A stretch of 63,279 bases of DNA, filler included, from Choristocarpus tenellus KU-1152 (GCA_964200185.2; 13 parts of 13 records of this genome joined end to end with filler, not necessarily neighbours in it), one strand, 5' to 3'; counted from the whole stretch's first letter, positions 13,601-27,728 are shown. Translations and numbers: made by a program. Notes: generated by a model not told the origin, from the sequence alone.

Positions 13601-15967
13601 GTGAGAGAGGATACAGTAGCAGGTTGAACATGACATGGGGTAAACAGTGCAAGGAGTGGGAGGGAGAGGTGTATCATATCCCCAGTACATACGTTATTAA
13701 GTGACCGGGTGCTGGTATGCTGAGGAATGCCCTTTAAATGAGGTGGTCAGTGTTTTCTCCGGGGTTGGTACCTGTTGCTGTGCTGGTCAGGTGAGTTAAT
13801 TTTCGAAAGGGGCTTGGGAATTTTATCTCTTCATGTGGAGAGAGGAGACTGCACGGACGGTTCTTCCAGTTGTAGCTCTTATTCCTTCTACCTAGGACTT
13901 CTGCACGCCCCAGTTCCAAGGAACTCACGCTCTGGTCTAATCCTTGACATTGACCCCAAGGCATGGTTGGTCGACTCGGAATGGAGTTTGCGATGGCGTT
14001 AGCTTCGGAATTGCTTAAAGAAAAGATGCACGGTTGCCATTAGTCTCTCCATATGTACAGTAGCTACTGAAATATGCAAGGGCAGAGAATTGGGAAATGC
14101 AAGCAACAGGATGCTGGCTGGACGTTGTCTTTGCTGGCTTTGGGTAGGGTTGTGTTGGGATCACAATCATTTTGTTACACATAGCCGCATCTCGTCTCCA
14201 ACTTCAGCAACCTCTGTTCCATAGAGCAATGTAGACATAGCGGGCAAAGCAGACCTGTGCTCCCTATGCTGAAGACATCATGCGATGTTTTTTGATGTAA
14301 GCGTAACAGTTCAAACGCCCGATCGGAGTGGTTCTGTACTGTCTTAGGGTTAGGGTTCTCGGACAACAAAGACAAATTGTGACAATATTCTGTGTCATTT
14401 TAATCCCTACGGTGAAAGCGTCGTTGGCAGGGGGTATGCACGGTGGCGGTTGATTGTTCTCATGTTTCGACAGTCGTAGTACAATGTTGTAAGATCGGCT
14501 CTCAACAAACCCTGACAGTTACATCACTCCGAGGCAGCTTCACAACGACAAAACCAAAAATCTATCAAAGAAAAAATAAATCTGTATTTCTTTGCTGCGC
14601 ACTGTTGGTCGGCTCTTGAAAAAAGAATATTTCACTTCCAACTATTATCAATAATATCTCAAGTCGTTAAACTAAACGACCGATTGATTCGGCGTCAAGG
14701 TCCGACAGGTGATGTCATGATGAGCCTTCATTGTTCAGGAGTTGGGCGTAGAGATTCTAAGTTGTATTTCAATTTGGGGGGGGGGGGGGGGGGGGACGGG
14801 GGGGTTACATTACATCATGGTGTAACTGCTGGTGTTCAATGCCGTTGATGAATTCCTTTGTGTCTATTTCGGGGGNNNNNNNNNNNNNNNNNNNNNNNNN
14901 NNNNNNNNNNNNNNNNNNNTTAATTAATTAANNNNNNNNNNNNNNNNNNNNNNNNNNNNNNNNNNNNNNNNNNNNCCCCCTGACACATCTGCAAAATGTC
15001 AGAGGGCATAATAATAAATAATACGATCAACATTTACTGGAAATCCAACCTTCAGAAAGGTTTTCTGAAAACCTACGAATTTTTATTCTCTGTTCCAAAT
15101 CTCCCAGGTTTCAAATAAAAATTAAAAAGCTCAGTTATCTGTAATTGAGGAGAAACGCAATACCTTAAATAATAGCCCAAAATAAAGAAAAAAAGTGTGG
15201 TATTTGAGTGCGAAGGACAATTAGTTCCTCTGCCCTTCCATGAGGAGAGTTGACAAATAAAGTATCTCTCTTCACAGATTGCATACAAAGTTGTCAAGTG
15301 ACGACTACTTTGACCCTTGACTGCCCTAGTTAGCTTTTGCCCTATCAGACGTCCCTGATCGCCGTATCCAGAATCTGGAAATCTTAATGTTGGAATTTTC
15401 TATGCACAGATCATTGACACCTCGTGGCTGTGAGGCTTACAGATTGCAGGTTTATGTTTGGTTCTTTACCTTGGTGTCTGGTGTTGGTGGCGGTATGGAT
15501 TTGTGATTAGTTGAGCAACATACATGGATGCAGCATGTGTATGTTAGGGTTTTCCACATATACGTCAAGGGCAAAACACCCTTGTCTGCCCGCTGTGTCA
15601 TCGAGAATTTAACTGCCAACCTTTCACTTGAGATCTTTGCTTATATATGGCATATGGTATGTACAACGTTTTTCTCTCCCAATAGTGGTTGTGGAGGATG
15701 GATTGTTGGAATTGGAGGAACTTAATCACCCCAGTTCCCACAACACCCATTCCTCCTGCTGAAGACGATGGTTCAGTAAATAGGGTAGGATTACCCCACG
15801 GTTCTACAAATATATAACCTAGTCATACAACCTCGGTTACCCTACCTACCTACCTGTTGAGACAAAGTAAGCGAGATTTACTCAGGGTTACATTCTAAGG
15901 ATGCCAACAGACATGTGCAAGTTTCGACTTTTTTTACAAATTCTTGTTGGATTCTGTCGGAAATTAT

Positions 15968-16209
15968 GAGTGAAAGTATCCTAGAGGGTACGAGTTTTGC
16001 CCTGTTTGTCCATTTGGGGCTTGGCTTCCNNNNNNNNNNACTCCAAAATGTTTAGGAGTAGGTAAAATGTGTATGTCATGAAAAGGTGTGTCCGAAACAT
16101 AGATATTGATACTTCCTAACAAACACGATAGCCAAAATTACATCAAAAGTGGAACGTTGAATTTTGGTCCCAAACAAACGCGACTCTACCATCTAAGATA
16201 CTTTGGCTC
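15968..16209 (+). mobile_element. MITE family A, full copy
   Basis: TIRs GAGTGAAAGTATCcTAGAGGGTA / TACCaTCTAAGATACTTTGGCTC; TSD TAT/TAT; internal N gap. Confidence 0.85.
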
Positions 16210-17412
16210 TATTGAACAAGAGAGAAATCAACGCTTAGAAATCAATGTTAGTACTTCATTCATTGAAATATGGGTGAATTACAGATGAAAAAAATGGATT
16301 AAATAAAGTGCAAAATGGGCAAAACTCGGGTACCTCTCGTTTACTTTGAGTCTGTTCCGAACACACTCCATGGTAAAAATCTGTTAACTGCTCTATTATT
16401 TGTAGTAGAACAAATTTATTGGAGGGGAGTGTAGTCGTGGGGGTGGCATGATGATTAAGGAGAAAAACTGTTGCTACTGATTAGCCAGATTATGAGATAG
16501 ATCATTTACAGATCAAGAATGGAAAATGTTGCAAACGGTGATGATGCTACGAACTTCTTGCAGATTATTATATTTTTTAATTATCGTTATCAAACAATCA
16601 TCATTATCAAACAACTTTAATCTTGTTTGCTCCCTGACCAGAACACGGCACATCATCTCTGACAAAACACACTTAAAACCACAAACACAATTTAGAGTAC
16701 ACAGCTCCTTCAATGCCCAGTCAAGGCTGTTGCTGGAATTGTACAATATGGTTCCCAGTCCAATCAAGTTACCTCCCTCTTCCCCCCCCTCTCTCTGCTA
16801 AACAGAGGTACCAAAGGAATTTGACTCAATATGAATGAGACCTTCAAGCAAAGATATAATACAAATTTTGGGTGAGTCGCCTGCTACTCCAGGAGTCCCT
16901 GATTCCCTCCGACTATAATTTGGGGGGTCTGCTGGACAATATAGTGGTATGATGTTCATTGTTGACGGAGAATGTCAACGTCTTCTTGCCCAATCAGGTG
17001 CTCCCCACACCCAACAGAGGGGCAACCCTAGTTCTTTTCCAAGCGACCTTTCACCTCATATGATTTGCTCGCACAAAACGTAGATTTCAAGGAGTGCTGC
17101 ATTCAAAATGGTATCCAAATGAGTCCTGTTACACGCTCAGCCCACCTACGGCTCGGCACAATTTTTCTAGTGTGTGGTAAGATACAATCTTTTTATCCTG
17201 CCACAGTAGTGACAATCTCTCCACATAGTTGTATCTCGTGAATTCCTCCTTCATTCGATGCCCCAAGTGCAGCTAATCCAACCTATAACCTCTACATACA
17301 ACACATCGCAAGTAGGAAGCCTTTTCGTACTGTACGACATGTAGTAAAATAACTAGTGTATGTTCTCGATACCATGCTTCCATGGTCAATATTCTTCAAT
17401 TTGTCTCCCCTA

Positions 17413-18369
17413 CGTACTAGGCAGGCCTCGAGCAGATCGAGGTGGGAAATATCGACAAATAGTCGGTTCATCATCAACATCGTCCCTCAGAACGAAATCC
17501 AAGCGAGATTGACGCCTCTTGGACTGCACGTTTGACCAAGCTCGCATTGCCTTCTGGAGGTGCCTCGCTGCAGTGTCTCTTAACTCTTCTTCAGTATGAA
17601 TGTTGCAATTGTCATCGCTCATGTTAGAAAAATTCTCTATAGCATGATCTGTCCTTTCACTCCTTTTTTCAATACCATCCTTCTTCCCCTTAATGTGTTG
17701 TAGGACACATTGCTTTCTCGCCCTTGCTATCCACTCCCCATGTGCCCTCTGTAGACACCGAGCTGCCATCTCCCTCCGTTGACTGTCCTCTCTATTTGCG
17801 ATATCCTGATGGTGGCCATCACTATCGTTGCACTCATTGCCCTCCACAAGACAATCTTCCTCACTGCTCTCGTCGTTTCTTGCCCATTCCCCCAAGTTTT
17901 GTGTCTTCTCTATCTCCTCTTGCTCCACAAAAAGCTCTTGTGTCTCCCTCAACTCATCCAAGGACTGTTTGCGTGCAGATTTACTTACTTCACTATCTGA
18001 TTCCTGCAATGGTCCCCAATCCTTACTTCCAGAAGGCAGAACGAAGCCCTGGGGCGAGATCTCAAGTAAGTTATCAATTGGTGAAAATGTTGCTCCCCCA
18101 ATTTCCCTAACAGTTACCCTGGCAGGAGAATCTTGATGGCTTTCTACAATTTCCAGGCCTTCATTGCTCTCCACACCTTCCTTTTCATGTTCTTCCTCCA
18201 CTATATTGTAGAGGCTCTGGTCCTGCAACCATATGTTTGGCACCATGTTTGCACGTTGCCTCAGCTCTCGCACTGTTAAACGACCTGACATTCCTCGGAA
18301 TGTACTTTGGATCAAGATAGCTGAACGCCTCTCTATCCTAATTTTAGGGGTGCAGAACATAGGGTGCAC
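17413..18369 (-). CDS. Large exon of an IQ-motif (calmodulin-binding) protein
   Basis: 319-codon frame with IQ-like motifs SAILIQSTFRGMSGR, AARCLQRAHGEW and AARHLQKAMRAW separated by acidic linkers. Exact splice ends are uncertain. Confidence 0.7.
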
Positions 18370-19937
18370 AGCAGGAGTGGATGCTGAAACGAATGTTATT
18401 GGAAAGGTTCCTACTGTAAGGTGCTTCAGCTAAGGAGAACGCCAGGAGGAAGCTTACTGCAGAGTAAAATATCTGGGGGGGGGGGGGGGCCAGCGGCCGC
18501 TTTGACCTTGTGGCACCCACGGTANNNNNNNNNNNNNNNNNNNNNNNNNNNNNNNNNNNNNNNNNNNNTTAATTAATTAANNNNNNNNNNNNNNNNNNNN
18601 NNNNNNNNNNNNNNNNNNNNNNNNTCACTCGGTACCACGGTGTAACGGTATATGGCATACGGCAATAACGGTATAATAACAGACAAACATGCTTTCCACA
18701 TAAGTGTGGAAACCACTAATCAGTTACTTCACCACTGTCAAATATTGTACTACTGTCTTCCTTATCTTCCCATCTATTGTTGTATCTGATTCGAACTATG
18801 GAGTGATCATTAATAATCAAATCAATACCAAAAATAATCAACACAAAACGATCATAAAATTGTAATAAGAGAAGTTCCACCATGAAGTATTGAAGTGACT
18901 TTGCGAGATATTTGGGAAAAATTCTTAAGTATTTTCGTTAGATGGAACAATGATACCTTCTAATAAGCACAATATAAGGATACAAAATGGAAAACAGAAT
19001 ATTTGTAGTTTACTGTGAAGGGGGGACTGAAATTGGGACAAGCCTAACGCCAACGACTCTCACACAATTTAAAATTTTAGAAGTCCTTTTTTTCAAAACT
19101 GTATATTATTAGTAGACTGAGAGAGACACCCTACCATAGAATTGGAGAGTACCACGATATGCATTGTTTGGATTTTGATGTAGGATGGAATTCTCCACTG
19201 CAACATTCATTGAAGTGAAAGGAAAATTCTGGGTTAACATTATTGAGAACATGTTTTAATAATTGGGTTCAACCACCTGTCTCAGAACCTAGTTTACTAG
19301 GTACTCTGTAACACTGGTACTCATTTTAGCAACTGAGACAGATTGTTACGCTGTTCGCAAAAATTTCAAAAGGGTGTTTTAAGAACAATGATCGTGACGA
19401 CGTGTATACTCACTGAAGAAAAGCTTGTGTATGGAATGGAAGGATGAAGTCGTATTGTAGGTGGCATAATAGGTGTCAATGATTGTACGTAGTAATTCCC
19501 CTCTCAAATTGCATCAAATATCGTATTATGGGAAGCCTCTCCGTTCTGACCTGCATGGTGGAGGTGTGTTTGGGGATGGAGTAGTGGAATATTGAAATGT
19601 CCAACAACAGGGTCCTATGGTTTAAGAGACGGATGAGAACCGTATTCCATGTGGGCAAATCGTATATCTCTAGTTTTGAATGATCTCAAACAAGGCCTAC
19701 TTTCTACAAAGGACCCCCCAATCAATAGTGACCAGCCCCACTCTCCTTCGTGTTGTGAATATTTGGAGGGTTTCGTTTTAGGGAGTGTACATATCGTCAC
19801 AGTTACTATGAATGGTATCAATCATGTTCTAATATTTCCTTCCTTTGTTTCAACCCCTCTACTTCATGCTTTTTTTGTGGTGGTTTTTTCAAGGATGAGG
19901 GAGAGTATTATTTGCGTTTTATTGATAATTTTGTATT

Positions 19938-20280
19938 TATAATGGGACCTGGTTCTGTGTGATGGGTAGTTATAAGAACCACCAGAGATGAGGTTCAGAA
20001 AGGAAGTGAAAGATGATGAGACTGAGACATGTTGGGTGTATGTTGGCAACTTTAGAGTGCCATATGGATCAATCTTCAATGTGATTGGTTGTGATCAGCC
20101 AGAGCAGAAAACACAATCTCGGGTTTGCTGGTTTCAATCCACCGTTCATGTCGGGGTTACCGCGTGCTAGTTGTGCATCTGACCCATAACATATCGCTTG
20201 TCCTGGTCTCAATTCCAAAAGGTGACGCGCGCAAATGTATATGACCGCGCGTATTATCCTCATGAATGTTCTGACATATT
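19938..20280 (-). mobile_element. Dispersed ~340-bp repeat family D (SINE/LINE 3'-end-like)
   Basis: Aligns, inverted, to ~49690-50050. Both copies end …AGAACCAGG(G/T)CCCATTA followed by an A/T-rich tail. Confidence 0.75.
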
Positions 20281-21334
20281 CAACTTTATGAGGAAGTTAT
20301 GCATCACTCCGCGTGTCCAAACTACTCTAGCGTTTCGCGCGAAGGTTTGTTTTGAGGATTACCTAATAATAGTTGATGGAAGGAATCTTGACTATTGTTT
20401 GTGTCAGGGTTGCTTGACCATTGCTGCCGCACGCTAGGTGCCTTAAGACTGGTGCACCTGTGCCCGTGATCGGATGAAAAGGAAACTGATGGATGAATCC
20501 ACGACGGACGGTACGTGTGATTTTTGAGGTAGCCCTAGTTTCTCATGCTTTGGTCTACTTTTCATTTGAAGAGGTGACACAAAGTCTCTCTATCTCACAA
20601 TATATCTTGATAAATGGGATGGCCTCTTAGTTGAACTTGCGCCCAAGCAATGATTCTCCTCTATCCATAGTGGATCCTACTTGAGTAGGAAGTCTGTGAC
20701 TCTCTCTCCCATCTAGGTTACGGCGTATTAGTGGACGATCATCTGGTTTGGATCCAGACTGGAGAATGCATCTGAGACCCCACGCCCATCTTGATAGGAA
20801 TAGGAAGTGGAAACCGATAGTGCCTTCTCTGTAGCACTTAATTCAATCTCCCATCCCTCTTATAAGACTGTAGTTATCTATTGTGTCGGACTTAGTATAT
20901 AAATGTCTGCAGAAGGTCCGAAACAAGTGTAGCTGGGGCACAGCATATTCATCTCAGATTTGGCTTATCCATGACGACTCTACCTAGCTTGTTATCGCTG
21001 TGTGTGTGGTGTACTGATTTCCTCTTCCTACTGAGGCGTATTTGCTTATCTCACGCCTTGTTGTCAATTGCAATCAAGGGGATCATTATGTTTATTGGTA
21101 TAGGCAACTCGATAGACTCGAGACAAACATATGTCTGCTCTTCTTCGCTAGACTGGGGACTGATCTCATTGAAGTATTGCTCGCGCCTTCGCTCACCCAG
21201 GAACCTCACAAGCTCTACGAAGTCCTTCACTACATTCTACATCCTTCCCTGTCTTCCCGACCTTTTGTCGCTTGTATGGATACATGCAACCTCATCCACT
21301 TCTGCCAGACGGTAATCATATTCTACCAGTGGAG

Positions 21335-22565
21335 ATGTGCTGTGACACAGCCCAGTCCTCAGATCCGACGCAGGTCCCAGCCCAAGCCCCTGAATGTGCT
21401 GGCAGTAGTATCGGACATCCCAGCCTTCGGTGGAATGCATTGGAGAAATTGATTTCACGTACATCTCCCTTTGGGTGTGAAACGGGACCTCTCCCCCTTG
21501 GTGAATTTGAACCATTTGAGGACGTGAGTTAGTTTCAGCCGAGTATTCTTTGTTGGGATTGAATCAGTGAAAGAAAGGGCACAACGCTTGTGGTCAGTTC
21601 CTCACTTGCAGTCAGACCTATCTTAGACCAACATCCAAACCTGGTTGCACCTACCTGAGGACTCAGCACGTTTCTGTATAGCTAGAAACAATTTTCCCTT
21701 ACTCTTTTGCCAGTCATTTCCCTTGTCCCCCTTCCCTCCTACTCAATATACCATTGATATGTAAGCAGGCGTGAGAACGAGAGCAAAGCACTACCACAGA
21801 CCCTTTCATCAAGAAGGTTTTCATTTTTAGAGTCTTCCTTCAAGATAGCCTTTGTCCGAGCTTAGTTTTTTATTATGGTTTTATTCAGTTGTGTGGAATA
21901 TCTTTCCTGTATTATTTCTCATTAATGTTATTATTCACTAACCCCAGGCGCCAACACTTTATAGGGTTGATACATTTTTGAACCTAGTGTTTTCCATGAG
22001 ATGACAACTTCCTGAGTGAAGGGTCTTTATGTCACCAATGGCCAGCTACTGTCGCAGAGCATCCCACAAGTTATTGGAAAGAGTATCTGTGCTTCAAGCT
22101 CTTGCACAAAGTTCTAAGCACACAGCGAAGTGCCAGCTATACTTCAGTAGGTACCGTTGAGCACACTACCCTCCCCCTTATTCTATGATGCTTGATCATT
22201 CAGATATTTATTTCAATGACCTGCAATAAACAAGAAAGTATTGTGAAAACCAGCTGGATCGGGGACATAGCCTTAGAGGTGCACTTTTAGCAAACCGTAT
22301 TTGTGCTTAATATATATTTTTATTCCCATCCTGTCAATTTTCCCCGTGTTGTTTTTTTCAAGGGAAACAAGAATAATAGTAACCATCATGTGTCTTTTTG
22401 TGCATTTGATTACTAGATGGCAGACTACCTATCCGATGAGGTAAGGGTGCTGGTCATTGGGGCAGGGGGGCTCGGATGCGAGCTACTGAAGGACCTGGCG
22501 CTCTCTGGGTTCAAAGACATCACTGTCATTGACCTAGACTCCATTGACGTCAGCAACCTCAATAG
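21335..22565 (+). CDS. UBA3: NEDD8-activating enzyme E1 catalytic subunit, exons 21335-21523 and 22417-22565 (5' part)
   Basis: Exon 1 ends [15 protein letters not shown]…GEFEPFED|GTGAGT. Exon 2 is TAG|[50 protein letters not shown]|GT. This matches the UBA3 N-terminus and the ThiF/MoeB GAGGLG nucleotide-binding motif. Confidence 0.9.
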
Positions 22566-23041
22566 GTGATTTTTTTTGTACTATCAAGACCAGAAAGTGG
22601 AGTCGGGTGTATCTTCATGCGTTTGTATGATCTTTGTGACTTCAGATAATCAAAACTCGATGATGGTCCCATCAGTTGCGTGCTTGATGCAGTCGTAGGC
22701 TATTGATTTATTTGCATATATTTACTGCTGCCAGTTTTATTTTGTTCTGATTTTCAATTCTTTTCTTTCATTTTTCCCGGTGGAATAATGAGTCTCAAGA
22801 CTACGACAGCATAGCTGCTGTGATTGCAATCTTCTGTTGTGGCTGTTGATTCTGGTCATCTCAAAATGTTTGTTGTCTGGTCAGGAGAGTCTGGGATCAA
22901 TGCTGAGACTCAAGACATAGTTAAACCCCATGGACGTTTCATAGGCACCTCTAAAGAAGGCTCTGTATACACTTTGCTCTGAGGGAAACAGTAGAAAAAG
23001 ACATTTAAATGGGGAACCAATTTATTCTGTTCCTGTGAATT

Positions 23042-23074
<33 letters not shown>

Positions 23075-24656
23075 CTCTTCTTTTGTTTGCTATTTGCACT
23101 GGAAAAGTGCAGTGCCATAGGGACATTATACTTTAGTTTTTTTTTTCTTGCCTGGATGGTTCTCTCTGTTACAATTATTTTGAACTTCAACACAGTTCAT
23201 TCCTAGTTTTGTTGGGGGGGGGGGGGGGGGGGGGGGGTGTTGTTTCTCCTCTTCCGCGGGAAAANNNNNNNNNNAAAAAAAAAATTTATGGGGGAAAACA
23301 TTTTTTGTTGGTGGGGGATTGAAGCATCTCCATCTCCCCGTGAAAAGAGCGCAAGACATGACTTGAGTGTACACGTTTACACAATGTGTTTGATAACTAC
23401 CCGTGAAAGTGACCTGGGCGAAGGACACTGCCCCAATATCTTCCTTGTTCAACAGTACAACTTTTATGGTGATCTGAAATCTGATTGTGTACAAAAGAGA
23501 ATAGTACGGATCCAAATCCTTGTTTATAAATAAAACAATTTTTTTTTGCGCATATTGTGCCAATACTAAAGGGGATTCCATGTTTCCAAGACTTGCTCTC
23601 GGTGGCCCTAGTCCCCCTTCCATTGCTCGAATCCTTTTTGGAATATATTATGGCCATACTCTGCTGGATCTTCTGTTGTTGAGGCACTGTTTCATGCCGT
23701 ATGGTTCATCATAACAGAACAGTTAGCCCGCGATCCCTTTAAGGTTCTCGGAAGGCATGAAACAGAACAATAAAAGATAAATATATATATATATATATTT
23801 ATTTATAAGGTCTTGGGATAAATTATACCTTCTCTTTACCCTCTTTTTGTTGATCCTAAATTGTAATTGACACTTCAATCCAAGGGCATCCTCACCCCGC
23901 CATTGATCAAGTCGCAAGCATACCCCGAGGTTATAGTTGGCCTGCTGTAGGTTCAGGGTGCGTGGGTCTGACCAGCCCGTTTGCACCTGCACAATGGGTT
24001 CTACTTCTTTTCCTCACGTGTTGATCGAAAGGCCCTTTAATCCGATCATCTCAGTTGAATCTTGCTCGGGGAGCATCTACAGCAAGGTCACAAAACGCAA
24101 ATGGTCTGGGGTTGGTTTGCTTGATTGAAGGTTTTCCTTTGTTTTTTCCTCCCCCCCCACTGTTGGATTTATGTTTTTTTTTCTGAATCAAGAAGGTTTC
24201 TGAGTGTATCAAGAGCCGACTACGAAGGGTTTCATGCACTCAGTTGAATCCAATGCGCACACTAACCCTAAACCCTACACCTTAACCCTAAGCCGATTGC
24301 CAAGAAAAAGAAGAAGCGCGCACGTGCATTGAAAAGAAAAAAGTGTATGGAGTGTTGTCGGAAAGGATCTGACTGTAATGTCAAATTTTTCCTCGATTGC
24401 ATCGACACATCAATTCACAACAACAACAAATAAATAAATAAATAAAGGTATCTGCTGCCAGTCTTCTCGATTCACACCACCAATGAGTGTGCCAGATGGG
24501 GGGGGGGGGGGGGGGGGGGGCGGCGGGGGTGGGTGGGTGGNNNNNNNNNNNNNNNNNNNNNNNNNNNNNNNNNNNNNNNNNNNNTTAATTAATTAANNNN
24601 NNNNNNNNNNNNNNNNNNNNNNNNNNNNNNNNNNNNNNNNCCAGATACTTTGGGTC

Positions 24657-24962
24657 CTGACCTCAACGTTAACAACCTGAGCTTCTTTCATTCCATCCAG
24701 CAACTGAAGATAGACGTGGGGGCGACCAAAACGGAGGAGCTGGTGGAGGCCACAATGGAGGCGCTTGATGTGTACCCCTGGGAGACACTAGAGCGCGCCT
24801 GGCAGAGCCTTTTCGCATCCTACGTTGAAGTGCTGTGGTCCAAGGGTAACAACTTCTTCAAAATTCCTCGTGTTTAGGGAGGAAAAGGCTGAGAAGGTTG
24901 GCAAGTTCCCCCTGAATGCCCAGGTGGATGTGGAGAAATATCGTACTGGAAAGGAGTTTTGA
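24657..24962 (+). mobile_element. Tc1/mariner (plant DD39D-like) transposase C-terminal remnant
   Basis: (P)DLNVNNLSFFHSIQQL…EELVEATMEALDVYPWETLERAWQSL…EVLWSKGNNFFKIP resembles SPDLNxLDLGFFxSIQ…GxNxYKIPH. It is disrupted by a stop/frameshift, and a MITE-B TIR abuts the PDLN motif. Confidence 0.8.
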
Positions 24963-24985
24963 AGGTCTTTGGGGGCGGAATCATA

Positions 24986-25244
24986 GAGTGAAAGTATCTT
25001 AGAGGGTATGACTTTTTCCCTGTTTGTCCATTTACGACTTGGCTTTCCATGGTTATTTTTTATGACATTTACCTACTCCAAATTGTTTCGGAGTAAGTGA
25101 AATATATACATTATGAAAAGTTGTGTGCGGAACATGGATATTGACACTTCTTAACAAACACGATAGCCAAAATTACATCAAAATCACAACATTGGATTTT
25201 GGCCCCAAATGGACGTGACTTTACCCTCTAAGATACTTTGACTC
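24986..25244 (+). mobile_element. MITE family A, full copy
   Basis: Same TIRs and interior; flanked by CATA/CATA. Confidence 0.9.
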
Positions 25245-25661
25245 CATAGATAGGTGTAGGCCACCCCATTTTGATTGAGATTTGGTGGGCATTCTTTAAT
25301 TGGCTGCACAATACATCCATAAAATATGAACACATGAAAAAAATACTTCTGCATGGGGGCTCCAAAAGTTATGTTATAGGGTTTTCCGAATGGAACAATC
25401 GTTACAATCTTCAGAGGTAAGAATACACCAACTACATGATGCCGGGGGCTGGGGGTGCTTGTCTACACCCCTTCTCCCCTCTGCACCAAATGCGAAACTC
25501 CACTTGGATAGAGTCACCATGTTGTTGTGAATATAGACGCGTGTCCTGTATCCACAGCGTGGGCATACAAACAATCACTAAACAATGGGTGTACACCCCT
25601 ATCCCTTCGTACACTCTCCCTCTTGTTTAATTTGTACGAACTAAAAAACATCCACACTAGA

Positions 25662-25915
25662 GAGTAAAAGTATCGTAGAGGGTACGAGTTTTGCCCTGTT
25701 TGTCCATTGGGGCTTGACTTTCCATGGGTTTTTACGACACTTTCCTACTCCAAAATGTTTCGGAGTAGGTAAACTTTATACGTTATGAAAAGGTGTGTCC
25801 GAACAAGGATATTGGCACTTCCTAACAACTACAATAGCCAAAATTACATCAAAATTGCAACATTGGTTTTTGGCCCCCAAATGGACGTGTCCTACCCTCT
25901 AAGATACTTTGGCTC
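25662..25915 (+). mobile_element. MITE family A, full copy
   Basis: Same TIRs; TSD AGA/AGA; internal hairpin CCTACTCC…GGAGTAGG. Confidence 0.9.
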
Positions 25916-27412
25916 AGATCTAGACAATGTCGCATCCCACAACTAGTTCCTTTCACACCCTTAGTCTGTCCGTGTCACGCCTTCCACTCTCGTGTTTGTA
26001 GTGGAAACATCGATCCACCCTCCCCCCAACACCTGAACATAAAGCGCACCACACATGACCTCAAACCCACCGATCATTGTAGAGCTTGATGTTCGTACGC
26101 CCTTCGATAGGTTGACAACTGTCTACCACCATTTTAAAATTACACAACATTCATCGGAAACACACTGGATGCTGCCTTAACACGAATATGCCCACATCAC
26201 GTAGACTACAGGGTGTGTGCATAACATCACTCCATCTACTTCTATTCCTCAACCTTATATTATAATACACTTCCTTCCACCACTGGTACCGAGATTCACA
26301 CACAATTTTTTGCCTCAACAACATCGACACAACCAATCATGATGAACATGAGACACAACAACTCCTTTGACTTGAAACATCGGCCCAACCTCTAAAAATT
26401 GTATTGAAGAATGTGGAGAAGTGGAGAAGGGTGATCTATTCGTGAAGATCGTCAATTTCTTGAAGAGTGTTACCCTAAACAACGGTGATGAAGATGAAGG
26501 CAAGCAGATATAATATTGTTCGATAGCGAACAATGTATAGTTCACGAACTATCCTCTTTCACCATCACACGACCCTTACGCACGGTGCAAGGTATCTGCG
26601 GTAGCCTTTGAAGTTCTTTCACATTTCATATAGTTTCATTCCCTGTATCACACACTACAATACAACCGCGTTTCTCTAAGTGGGCATGCGTGCGTCTCCA
26701 GGTGTTGAAATACGGGTTATGACCTTATCTAATACAACTTCGTGTCTATTTTGTTTTGTTCATAGACACACCACATACTGTTCCTGACCCTACTACCCTT
26801 CAAAGGTTTTAATTGTGTGCCTGTATCTCTTATCCACCTCTGAGACACACAGACTAGCCTCCTGGTTCCGCAATCGCTGATTGTTCCTGTCTTCAGAAAT
26901 TTTATAATTTGTCCGATTTCTGTAAACCCTACGAACTATAATTAATTGTACTATACATTTTTTTCTCCATTGGGACCTCCAAATATTTCATCCTTCATAG
27001 ATTTTATCTTCTCCTTAAAATGTATATCTGTATCTTTAGTTTTCTTCACAAAAATAGATAGGATAAAAAGGAAGAACGTAAGGCCCATCAAATAGTAAGT
27101 CGATGACATATCCTGACCATTCCATTTATGTCGGGAAGCTCTCACAAGTACCAAACACATACACGAAATGGTCCCTACATAGAAACTTTCGCAACGATCC
27201 TCGATTGCTGTTCTATCTCGAATTCCTCTGCCTTTAACTTTGTCCACACGCCCGCTGGTCGAGACTCAAGCCATGCAACATGCGTCACCATAATACCAGA
27301 CGGAAACGTAACGACAAGATACATGATCTTGAGGAAGTGCTCGAGAAAACACAAACCATACACGGGAATGCAATTACGAACTTGAGCACCCAGCCAGGAG
27401 TCATGGTGATGA

Positions 27413-27628
27413 GAGTGAAAGCATCTTAGAGGGTACGACTTTTGCCCTGTTTGTCCATTTGGTGCTTGGCTTCCCTTGGGGTTTTTACGATGTTTTCCTA
27501 CTCCAAAATATTTCGGAATAGGTAAAATGTACACGTTATGAAAAGGCTGGTCTGGAACAAGGATACTGACGATAGCCAAAATTACATCAGAATCGCAACA
27601 TTGGATTTTGGCCCCCAAATGGACCCGG
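27413..27628 (+). mobile_element. MITE family A, truncated by contig end
   Basis: Left TIR and interior match the other copies. Confidence 0.85.
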
Positions 27629-27728
27629 NNNNNNNNNNNNNNNNNNNNNNNNNNNNNNNNNNNNNNNNNNNNTTAATTAATTAANNNNNNNNNNNNNNNN
27701 NNNNNNNNNNNNNNNNNNNNNNNNNNNN

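Noticed and set aside
18630-18675. Clustered ACGGT/ACGGC motifs resembling hAT subterminal repeats
   Set aside because: At a contig edge with no TIR or TSD to confirm.
27175-27618. ORFs crossing MITE-A (also 39671-40258)
   Set aside because: Chance read-through of non-coding repeat and simple sequence.
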